Part shown: positions 8,488 to 17,120 of the stretch, one piece after another
How the letters are laid out: each line of letters opens with the position of its first letter
Numbering within the stretch: the stretch's first letter is position 1
Assembly (NCBI RefSeq): GCF_006345805.1
Contig: NW_021825015.1
Span: 1 to 17,120, forward strand
Source: Octopus sinensis
Lineage: Eukaryota
Direction of reading: 5' to 3'
DNA: 17,120 nt
The notes under the pieces: model-generated
Database searches by the model: none
What the model saw: the letters and a program-made list of their open reading frames with translations, nothing else
What the model was told of the DNA's origin: nothing
Program-made: the position numbers and the translations under genes

Positions 8488-8526
8488 AATGAGAAGCAAA
8501 AGGAAGAAGTGTTGAGGAAAGTAAAG
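8488..8526 (+). CDS. Candidate 39-nt symmetric exon NEKQKEEVLRKVK
   Basis: Acceptor aacttcaattcttcag|, donor AAG|gtaaca, phase 0-0, open frame. Too short to identify. Confidence 0.25.
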
Positions 8527-8539
8527 GTAACAGGGTTAG

Positions 8540-8778
8540 TCCGCAATACACTATTAGGAACATTGGGTTTGTTTCACAGTTTCTCTAGTGTGTGTATATT
8601 TCCCACTTGGATGGGAAACCTGTCCATCACAGGTAAACTCATTTTCACCTGTTGAGTGAACTGAAGCAATGTGGAATGAAGTGTTTTGCTCAAGAACATG
8701 CCACCTGGTCTGGGAATTGAACCCATCATCAAGTGATTGTGAGTGCAATACCCCAACCACTAGGTTGTGTGCCTTCAC
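8540..8778 (-). mobile_element. tRNA-derived SINE of a third type
   Basis: Reverse complement: gaaggcacacaacctagtggtt (A box)...gggttcaattccc (B box)...ttcttgagcaaaacacttcattccacattgcttcagttcactcaacaggtgaaaatgagt, a CORE/Nin-like central domain by recollection. Confidence 0.65.
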
Positions 8779-8864
8779 TAAAGATGATCTGAGTAGCAGA
8801 GAAGAATATGTCCTGTGGCAAGTCATGGCTGAGGTCGAATGACTGGAATTGATAAAGAAATAGT

Positions 8865-9000
8865 CATCTTCATTGTCATTATCACAATTATTGTTTTAAC
8901 ATCCACTTCTCCAGGCCTGCATGGTTCGGATGGAATTGTTGAGTCAGCTTTTTTACTCTTCATGTAGCTGACCCCCACCAGTTTCAAGGCAAGGTAATGA
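8865..9000 (-). mobile_element. Fragment of the RTE-tailed SINE 3' end
   Basis: Reverse complement ccttgccttgaaac...attccatccgaaccatgcaggcctggagaagtggatgttaaa followed by an (AAT/GAT)-rich tail, similar to 8380-8445. Confidence 0.55.
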
Positions 9001-9379
9001 CACCACACACACACATCAATATCTATTATCTAACTTCCATTTGTGTATCATCATCATTTAACATCTCTTTTTCTATGGCGGCATAGATTGGACAGTTCCA
9101 CACGTATATATGTGTGTGAGAGTGAATTTGCATACCCCCCCTGCCTCCCTGTCTTCGTGTGTATTTCAATGGTAGTAAACAATGGTAGTGTGAATCTGGG
9201 ATTCCCGACATCTTCACATGCCGCACAATCTCTGTGAATAAAAGGCTAATTTTTATGGTCTTAGTTTCTGCATCTCATTAGCTTCCACATAAACACATCC
9301 ATACCGTTTGTTGTTCAAGAAACCAGGAGATCTTTTACCTTGTTTGGAAACGTGTGGGTTGGCACAAGCAAGGATATTT

Positions 9380-9501
9380 GCAGAGGGTCCTATGAGTCTA
9401 GGGGCCCAGTTCTGGTCTATGAATGCTATTAATAAATAAATACTACAGAGCCCCATGCACTGCTTTGCCCCGGGGCTTATAATGCTGCTAAGACAGTCCT
9501 G
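9380..9501 (-). mobile_element. One terminal fragment of a hAT-like MITE
   Basis: Reverse complement begins CAGGACTGTCTTAGCAGCATTATAAGCCCCGGGGCAAAGCAGTGCATGGGGC, resembling CAGGGCCG-type hAT MITE ends with GGCCCC subterminal motifs. Second end and TSD not found. Confidence 0.4.
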
Positions 9502-9676
9502 GCACCTCCGCTGTAGAAACTCTGCTCCAACATAACAAGCGCTGAAGAGTGGTTATTAAGCGATGATAAGATATGCCAGAGGAATACTCAGTCGCTTATT
9601 TCTTAAATTAGCAAGTCATACATTTAGATAATTGAATACATTTTGACGGAAATTTGTCCTCATTTTGCTTGTTGTT

Positions 9677-9722
9677 AACACAACATTTTGGCTGATGTAC
9701 TCCCCAGCCTTCATCAGGTGTC
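9677..9722 (-). ncRNA. Second degenerate minimal hammerhead (G12A plus C15.2U)
   Basis: Reverse complement GACAC-CUGAUGA-A-GGCUG(GGGAGUACAU)CAGCC-AAAAU-GUU/GUGUU. Confidence 0.65.
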
Positions 9723-9781
9723 CTGGAGGGAATTTTGAACATGGGTTCCCATTTGTAAGGTATTTTTCAAAATTCGTCCAA

Positions 9782-9827
9782 GACACCTGATGAAGGCTGG
9801 AGAGTACATCAGCCAAAACGTTGTGTT
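9782..9827 (+). ncRNA. Degenerate minimal type I hammerhead ribozyme (G12 mutated to A)
   Basis: GACAC-CUGAUGA-A-GGCUG(GAGAGUACAU)CAGCC-AAAAC-GUU/GUGUU: stem I GACAC:GUGUU, stem II GGCUG:CAGCC, loopless palindromic stem III AACGUU. GAAA reads AAAA. Confidence 0.7.
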
Positions 9828-10044
9828 AACAAAGAACAAGATGAGGAGAAATTTCCATCAAATGTAACTAATGTACATAATTCCTCGTCTCTCAAATATA
9901 GCAGTGAAGTATTCTCTTACCAAAAGTACCAAATGAGTCAATCATTATAGATTTTTAAAATTTTGTCTCATAAGGTCTGTTATCTGGTTCCATGGTGGGA
10001 CCAAAGTCACAAAGTGTCCCCTGAATGGGTTGCTGGTCTGTTGC

Positions 10045-10443
10045 AGGATTCAAGGCTAGTAATTTTGTAAGGCTGGTGTGGGGGACAAGTCAATTACATC
10101 AGCCGTAGTATTTGACTCGTACTTCATTTTATTGACTCAAAGGGATGAAAGGTATTGTTGTCATTGGCAGGATTTGAACTCATAACATAGTGAGATGGAA
10201 GAAATGATTCTAAGCATTTCTGTTTGACATGCTAATGATTCTGCTGGCTCGTTACCTTCTCATTAAATATTAGTTTCGAATTTTGGCACAAGGCCAGTAA
10301 ATTCAAGGGAAGGAGTAAGTCAATTACATCAACCCCAGAGCTCAGCTGGTTCTTATTAATCCCTTGGTGGAATTTGAACTTCGAACACAAAGATAGACAA
10401 AATGCTTTGCCCGACTCACTCAATTCTATCAGCTCACTGCCTT
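10045..10443 (-). mobile_element. Two tandem copies of the 3826-4455 SINE family (second with deleted core)
   Basis: Copies at about 10045-10255 and 10275-10443. On the + strand: aagtcaattacatc, gatgaaagg, gatttgaactc and ttttggcacaaggcc, with gaatttgaact in the second copy. Confidence 0.7.
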
Positions 10444-10463
10444 AACTTCTAGTTGGAAATTAC

Positions 10464-11601
10464 GGATCTTTTCCTTTTGATGGACGGAATTTTCTAGTTA
10501 ACTAAAAAATTTGAAACTTCGTATACTGGTAGAATGTGTCAAAAGAAAACATTATTGTAAACAAAACTGAAAACAAAATTGTAATTTGTAAGTTTAACGT
10601 AGTTTAATTCGAAGAATTTTAACCAATGAAACCCAGCATCTTCGAATTTTAACCAATGAAATCCCAGCATCTTCGAATTTTAACCAATGAAATCTCAGCA
10701 TTTGAGCTCAAATCATTTGCTGCGTTATCGATAAAGAAGCATAGCAGACGCATGCCGCATACACACACACACACATATTCAGATACATACACACGTACAC
10801 TTGCACACACACACACACTCTGTTACTCTCTCTCAAACACATGTATATACATTTGCACAAGCACATAGTAATTAATATATAAGCGTACACACACATACAA
10901 ACGGAGATATACATACACACACAAGCATACATACACGTTCGTGAGTTGCCCCTTGCTGCAACAAATTTACACAAAAGGTATATAAACCAGAAGTGGGTGG
11001 GCTCAATGTTTCATCGTTTCGGGATCGATAAATTAAGTACCAATTACGCACTGGTGTCGAGGATTTTTTCCCAATTTATATCACAGCTTCCGACAAGCTG
11101 GGGGCATCCTTTTATGAAAAAAAATTTCGCAAATTTTTACAATACGACTCACACTCCGCGCGCAAACTCTAGACCGCTTTAGGCATATTATTGTTTTGTT
11201 TTTGTTGTTTCTGGCCCTTCAAAACCATGGGAGAAGCCTTTTTGGTAAAAAAGAATAACGAAAATATTTTTAAAATATCGTTAATATTTTTATTGGGCAA
11301 CAAAATTCATCGATTTAAGAGATATAGCTGTTATTTCTAGCACATACAGAAGACTGAAGAGATAAGGATGAATAAGACGTGTGTGTGTGTGAGTTTTTAG
11401 ACACAGCAAATGATTTGAGCTCAAATGCTAGGATTTCATTGGTTAAAATTCTTCGAATTAAACTACGTTAAACTTACAAATTACAATTTTGTTTTCAATT
11501 TTGTTTACAATAATATTTTCTTTTGACACATTCTACCAGTATACGAAGTTTCAAATTGTTTAGTTAACTAGAAAATTCCGTCCATCAAAAGGAAAAGATC
11601 T
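10464..11601. mobile_element. Long-TIR non-autonomous DNA transposon related to the 3049 MITE (Merlin-like)
   Basis: Left arm 10464-10725 and right arm 11401-11601 are near-perfect reverse complements. Termini GGATCTTTTCC / GGAAAAGATCT. 8-bp TSD GAAATTAC at 10456-10463 and 11602-11609. The interior holds (CA)n, a SINE fragment (about 11010-11060) and unclassified sequence. Confidence 0.85.
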
Positions 11602-11799
11602 GAAATTACAAAGAGTTAAGGACAGTGGAGTGATAAAAAGACAAGTGACAATGACTGGGAATTGAACCTGGGATAGTGATGTAACCAATCTAGACAAAAC
11701 ATAAAACCATTTCCCAACTAATGAAATGTCATGTAAATACCCAAACTGGGGAGAGAAAAAAAGAACAAAAACACAAAACAAACCTTGAGTCAATAGCAC

Positions 11800-12145
11800 C
11801 TCCCCCCCTCCCTCCTAGAAAACTGCACCTCTTCCTCACCTGACCTGCTGACCTTTTTTAAGAACAGCCTAAATACCAACCACACTCTTCGTTCTCTTCC
11901 TCTTTCTCTTCTCCCCTTCTATCTGCTCCCCCTCCCACCTTGTCTCTTCTATCCTCCCAACTCCCCTTTGCTATTATTTGCACGCACCCCCTCTATCACA
12001 CTCTTGTCTTAATGTTAACCTTAATGTTTTCTTTTGTATTTTTTGTTATTTTTTCTTTCCATCACATTTTTTTTTTAAATGTTATTGTTGCTATTTTTCT
12101 TTTAATTTTTTTTTTGTTTAAATTATTTTTTTCTTTTCCACTCAG
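11800..12145 (+). other. Very long polypyrimidine tract (CT-rich then T-rich) ending in a 3' splice-site consensus ttttccactcag
   Basis: About 340 nt of strongly pyrimidine-biased sequence ending in AG at 12144-12145. Confidence 0.6.
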
Positions 12146-12727
12146 AAAACAAAAAAAAGGTCAGTAAAAAAACAAAAATCTCTGAAAGGTCAATCTTGCT
12201 TTCGAATATATTCCAACATCAACTCCGACATATACAGAAAGAAATGCTCAGATTTTGCAAACCTTTGAATGAGTCGCGACAACACAGCAACAAAATCTAC
12301 CACAAGAAACTCCCAACTGTTTTTAAAATAAGTCGTTAACAAACAAGTATGAATTTGGGATTTAAACTTTGCTCTCCCAGTGCAGTCCTGAAATCTCAAA
12401 ATTTTTTCAGAAATATCTTACTATCTTGTAAACAAGGACACTAACCAGAAGAAAACGAGTTTATATGCACTGTATTTCCTGGTGTTGAGGATGATTTGAC
12501 CTCAAAAACACACCTAATTTTGAAAAAAGATTATAAAGGAAGACAAGTGTAGAGAAAGATCTCAGCACTTTCACATAGTTTTCCAAAATGTTTTGTTAAT
12601 GACTTATCAGCATCTAGATCCTGTTGACCGCTTATAGTACTGTTAAGTATGGAGGTAGTAAGCTTATCATAGGCAACTTGCCTTTGCAAATGACTTATGA
12701 AAAGAGTAAACTTGTCCTTAAATTTTT

Positions 12728-14426
12728 GAGCCTGCCAAATATTGACCCAGTAGAAGGACCAGCTATCAGTATAGATAGCTCCCTAGTAGTTAAGACAATT
12801 AAGGGTATGAAGCCAGGAAAAGCCCCCCCCCCCGGCTCATCAGGAATCATTGCTGAGATGCTTAAAACATCTGGTGGTGTGGGCTACAGCCTAGTCACCC
12901 GCATTGTAAACCAAGTAGTTCATGATGGAGTCATACCCAATGACTGACATAGCAGCACCATAGTCAACTGCTACAAGGGTAAAGGTGATGCTCTAGATAG
13001 AAATAACTACAGGGGTATCAAACTGCTGGATCAGGTAATGAAGGTCACAGAAAGGGTCATAGCCCAACTAATTAGGGAGAGAGTTAGCCTAGATGAGATG
13101 CAGTTTGGTTTTGTGCCTGGCAGAAGCACCACTGATGCCATATTCATGGTTCGACAACTGCAGCAGAAATACCTAGCCAAAGATAAGCCCCTATACTTAG
13201 CTTTAGTGGACTTGGAGAAAGCCTTTGACAAGGTCCCCCGATCCCTTATCTGGTGGGCGATGTGGAAACTGGAGATTGATGAATGGTTAATAAGGGCTGT
13301 ACAAGCCCTCTACGGAGAAGCTGTTAGTAAGGTTAGGATTGGCAATGAGTACAGTGAAGAATTCCGAGAAGTTGGCGTCCACCAAGGCTCAGCCCTCAGT
13401 CCCCTTCTATTCCCCATAGTCCTCCAGGTAATAACAGAGGATTTAAGACGGGTTGTCCCTGGGAGCTCCTCTATGCTGATGACCTAGTCCTCATAGCAGA
13501 ATCGCTACCGGAACTAGAGATGAAATTTTGTGTGTGGAAGCTAGGGTTAGAATCAAAAGGCCTTAGAGTCAATGTAGCAAAGACCAAAGTTCTAGTAAGT
13601 AGGAAGGCAAACTCACCACACACCCCTTCAGGTAGGTAGCCCTGCTCGATCTGTAGAAAAGGTGTAGGTAGAAACTCCATAAGATGTACCCAGCATAAAG
13701 CTATGGACACATAAGAGGTGCAGCAATATCAAAGGAAAATTAACTGAGAAGATAGCTTTCATGTGCGGCAGATGCACAGGGGCAATTGACACCATTGATA
13801 CTCAGAAAACAGATTCCATTACACTCCTTGAGGAAAAATTAGAAGTAGTTGATAGTTTCTGCTACCTAGGTGACCAAGTTAGCAGTGGTGGATGCTCAGA
13901 GAGCGTTACCACTAGAATAAGAATAGCTTGGGCAAAGTTTAGGAAGCTTCTTTCCCTACTGGCGACAAAGGGTCTCTCGCTCAGAGTGAAAGGTAGGTTG
14001 TGCAATGCATGTGTGCGAGCTGCCATGTTTCATGGCAGTGAAGCATGGGCTGTGACAGCAGAGGACATGCGTAGGCTTGAAAGAAATGAAGCTAACATGA
14101 TCCGCTGGATGTGTAATGTCAGTGTCCATGCACGACAGAGTGTAAGCGTCCTGAGAGAAATGTTGGGCATAAGAAGCATTAGATGCAGCGTGCAGGAGAG
14201 ATGTCTGCACTGGTATGGTTATGTACTACGGATGGATGAGGAGAGATGTGTGAAGAAGTGCCACTCCCAAACTATTGAAGGAATCCGGGGTAGAAGTAGA
14301 CCCAGGAAGACATGGGACGAGGTGGTCAAGCATGACCTTCGTACTTTGAGCCTCACAGAGGCTATGACGAGAGACCGAGACCTCTGGAAATATGCTGTGA
14401 CTTCGAAGACCCGACAAATGAAGTGA
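12728..14426 (+). pseudogene. Disrupted LINE reverse transcriptase ORF with an internal PHD-type finger
   Basis: Premature TGA at 12945-12947 and TAG at about 13637 (both at expected Trp positions). Frameshifts near 13445 and 13697. Terminal stop at 14424-14426. Confidence 0.9.
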
Positions 14427-14873
14427 GTTCATGGCTCGCAGGACGGCCTGCTGTGCTAACCTTGGATTGTAGAGTGACCTGCTGTTCTTGAGGAGACCTG
14501 TTGAGTCAAGTACATCAACATCAAAATAAAAATTCAAATGGAAATTGTAGTTAAGACACCCGTGTCAGTGAAAAAAGAAGCACCATCCGAACGTGGCAGA
14601 TGCCAGCACCGCCTGACTGGCATCCGTGTCGGTGACACGTAAAAGCACCAACTGATTGTGGCCATTTGCCAGCCTGCTCTGGCCCCTGTGCTGGTGGCAC
14701 GTAAAAAACACCCACTACACTCTCAGAGTGGTTGGCATTAGGAAGGGCATCCAGCTGTAGAAGCACTGCAAAATCAGACTAGAGCCTGGTGTAGCCTCCA
14801 TGGCTTACCAGACCCCGGTCGAACCATCCAACCCATGCTAGCATGGAAAATGGATGATAAATGATGATGATGA
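12728..14873 (+). mobile_element. 5'-truncated RTE-clade LINE retrotransposon
   Basis: RT motifs KAP..SG, NYRGIKLL, QFGF.PGRSTTDAIF, DLEKAFD, GVHQGSALSPLLF, YADD (13472-13483) and VDSFCYLG. RTE-type C-terminus WYGYVLRM...RGRSRPRKTW...DRDLWK. 3' UTR ends in a (TGA)n tail. No endonuclease domain and no TSD found. Confidence 0.95.
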
Positions 14874-14879
14874 TATATA

Positions 14880-15263
14880 TATATATATATAAAGCTGAAG
14901 TTGTGTGTGTGTGGCAGGCTTGGTAGGCTTTGACACTATCTCCTCCGAGACCTTGCAGCGCAAGTTGACCAAAATTGAGAGTATGATAGAAGGCTTGCTC
15001 TTCATTCCATAGAAAAAAAAATTCAAATCGGACCAAGTTAACACCAAAAATTATTTACATCAAAAAGGTGCTTTTTTTCTATGAAAATCCCTATTTTTTT
15101 ACAATTTTTTGACTGCTGTATCGCCCTTTTTCGGTATATTTCAACCAGAAAAATGTTCACTTAAAGAGAATAACAAGCTACATAATGCAAAATTTTTACT
15201 TTTCAAAAATTCCAATTCTAAAGGGTTGAAACAAACTCGAGCAACGCCAGGTGACACTGCTAG
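14880..15263 (+). mobile_element. Non-autonomous Helitron-like element
   Basis: 5' end TATATATAAAGCTGAAG merges into (TA)n. 3' end has a decayed GC hairpin (ctcgagcaacgccagg) followed by CTAG (15260-15263) and then T, the canonical Helitron 3' terminus. No TIRs or TSD. Confidence 0.6.
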
Positions 15264-16624
15264 TATATATATATATATATAATCCTCAAAGCTGAGGAGT
15301 CTCTAGACTTGCTTAATGTAACAGTCAAATATTTAATGGTAATTTAATTTATATTGAAAATGAAATTGCAGAAGCATTAAGAAATAGTTAAGTAATTATT
15401 TGTCTTGAAGTTAATTCATCTATAGATAATAGTTTATAATATATTGGATAAAAAATTCCTTGGGTGTAGAAAGGCAGAAAGTGAGTGGGACTTGAACAAC
15501 AAACACAGACAGACATGCTCCTGATTGCACCACAGTAACCATCTTCCATCAAATTCAATCTTAACAAGAAAGTTTGTTTGCATTTGGAAAACAAGTGTGG
15601 AAACAGTGAGAAATATGTAAATTAGTCTTTATTAACGATGTATCTCAGAGAAAACTCTTCTGAATAAAGGCTTTTGGCACATTGGCTGCTTTAATAGAAT
15701 CGATAGAACATGTTCTGGGTTACAGAAGATGCATGGTTCAAGTTCAACAGGCAGATATCCACCTTTTCTCCATCCAAATTTTTTTAACTCCAATCTGTTT
15801 TAAGCTGTTATATCGTTAATAAAGACTGATTTTTAAAATCCCTAGCTTTTCTAAAACAAAGAGCATTTAGAGAAAGAAGCCAGAATGTTAGTTTTTCATG
15901 AGAATCGCTTTGCCTGCTAAACATAAGAGTTAAACCTCTTAAAACTCCTGACTATCTTAAAAATGAAGAGACATAACTGGTATGAAGTGTGCATGTGTGC
16001 GTAACAAGTGTGGTAAGATCCGGGTGAGCCAAGTTCATGATCAGAGTTCATGTATATCATGACCTCTCAAACAAAAATATATGTGTAGAGTCTCACATAT
16101 ACAGTATAGTGAGTTGAATAATTTTGATTAATTGAAATTATCTTTGTAGTTACCAAACACCCACTTCCTCTAAGAGTGCTTTAATTCTGAAAAAACAGGC
16201 AAGAGAGCTAACTCTGATGTCAGACTATCCAAACCTTCAAATTGAAAATAATAAAGAAAAGGCAATTCCAAGTGGATCTTGTCTTTATTTTTATATATTA
16301 CACTACATTTTATATATATATATATATATACACACACACATATATAAGAGGGATGACCACTAAGTGGACATCCAATATGCTAGATGTAGACCCCATATGG
16401 TCTGACCACCAAGAAAAGATTGTTCTCAAGAAAATTCAGCAAACGCCAGAAAGTAAGCGAGCAAGACAAATGAAAAGATACAAAATATGATTAATCACAT
16501 ACGAGGTTTCATTGTTACCACTTACATATTTAAGTATGTAAATGTCCGAAATTCATCAGTGTGATCGTCATAGCAAAATATAATTTGCAGAACTATACAC
16601 GAGACGTCCATATATATATATATA

Positions 16625-16850
16625 TTCTTTTATTGTTATTTGTTTCAGTCATTTGACTGCGGTCATGCTGGAGCACCACCTTTAGTCGAACAAATTAACC
16701 CCAGGATTTATTCTTTGCAAGCCTAGTACTTATTTTATCAGTCTCTTTGGTTGAACTGCTAAGTTATGGGAGCGTAAACACCAACATCGGTTGTCAAGCA
16801 ATGATGGGGGGGCCAAACAGAGACACACAAACATATACAAGCACACACAC
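16625..16850 (-). mobile_element. SINE-like interspersed repeat between TA/CA microsatellites
   Basis: Reverse complement: ...gttggtgtttacg...gataaaataagtactaggc...ggtggtgctccagcatgaccgcagtcaaatgactgaaacaaataaaag. The gataaaataagtac block is shared with the SINE core at 3826-4455. Confidence 0.55.
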
Positions 16851-16997
16851 ACACATATATATATATATATACAAGATAAGAAAATGGAGAACTACATCTA
16901 AATAAAATATCAATTACCAGATAATACTCTATCACATACTTTATTAAACCACCACATAAGAGACTGTAGGGTTAAATATAAAAAGCAGAACAAATCA

Positions 16998-17120
16998 GTG
17001 TATATATATATATACACATATATATATATATACATATGCATATACATATATACATACATGCATATACATATACATATATGCATATACATATACATATATG
17101 CATATACGTATACATATATG
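16998..17120. repeat. Alternating purine-pyrimidine microsatellite with a 20-bp higher-order unit CATATACATATACATATATG (x3 at 17061-17120)
   Basis: Read directly from the sequence. Confidence 0.9.

Larger units (their letters stand above)
9637..9866. mobile_element. Penelope-like (PLE) inverted pseudo-LTR remnant forming a fold-back
   Basis: Arms 9637-9739 and 9766-9866 are reverse complements with scattered mismatches, around a 26-nt loop. Each arm carries a CTGATGA-stem-RAAA hammerhead scaffold, a known hallmark of PLE LTRs. Confidence 0.75.

Overview
AT-rich, repeat-dense eukaryotic (animal) genomic DNA with no prokaryotic features. The repeat families look like those I associate with octopus (coleoid cephalopod) genomes; this is inference from recalled sequence, not a search result. 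Retroelements: a 5'-truncated, inactivated RTE-clade LINE (about 12728-14873) whose RT carries an embedded PHD-type C4HC3 finger, many tRNA-derived SINEs of at least three types (one sharing the RTE 3' tail), and a Penelope-type fold-back with two degenerate minimal hammerhead ribozymes (9637-9866). DNA elements: two related GGATC-ended TIR elements with 8-bp TSDs (Merlin-like), a Helitron-like element and a hAT-like end. Micro- and minisatellites are abundant. No host gene could be named. Several short coding-like exon candidates occur on both strands and are low confidence. The most unusual non-TE signals are an array of seven RFX X-box-like motifs (6483-6728) and a minus-strand coding-like frame (1577-1298) that keeps its coding character through an in-frame TGA.
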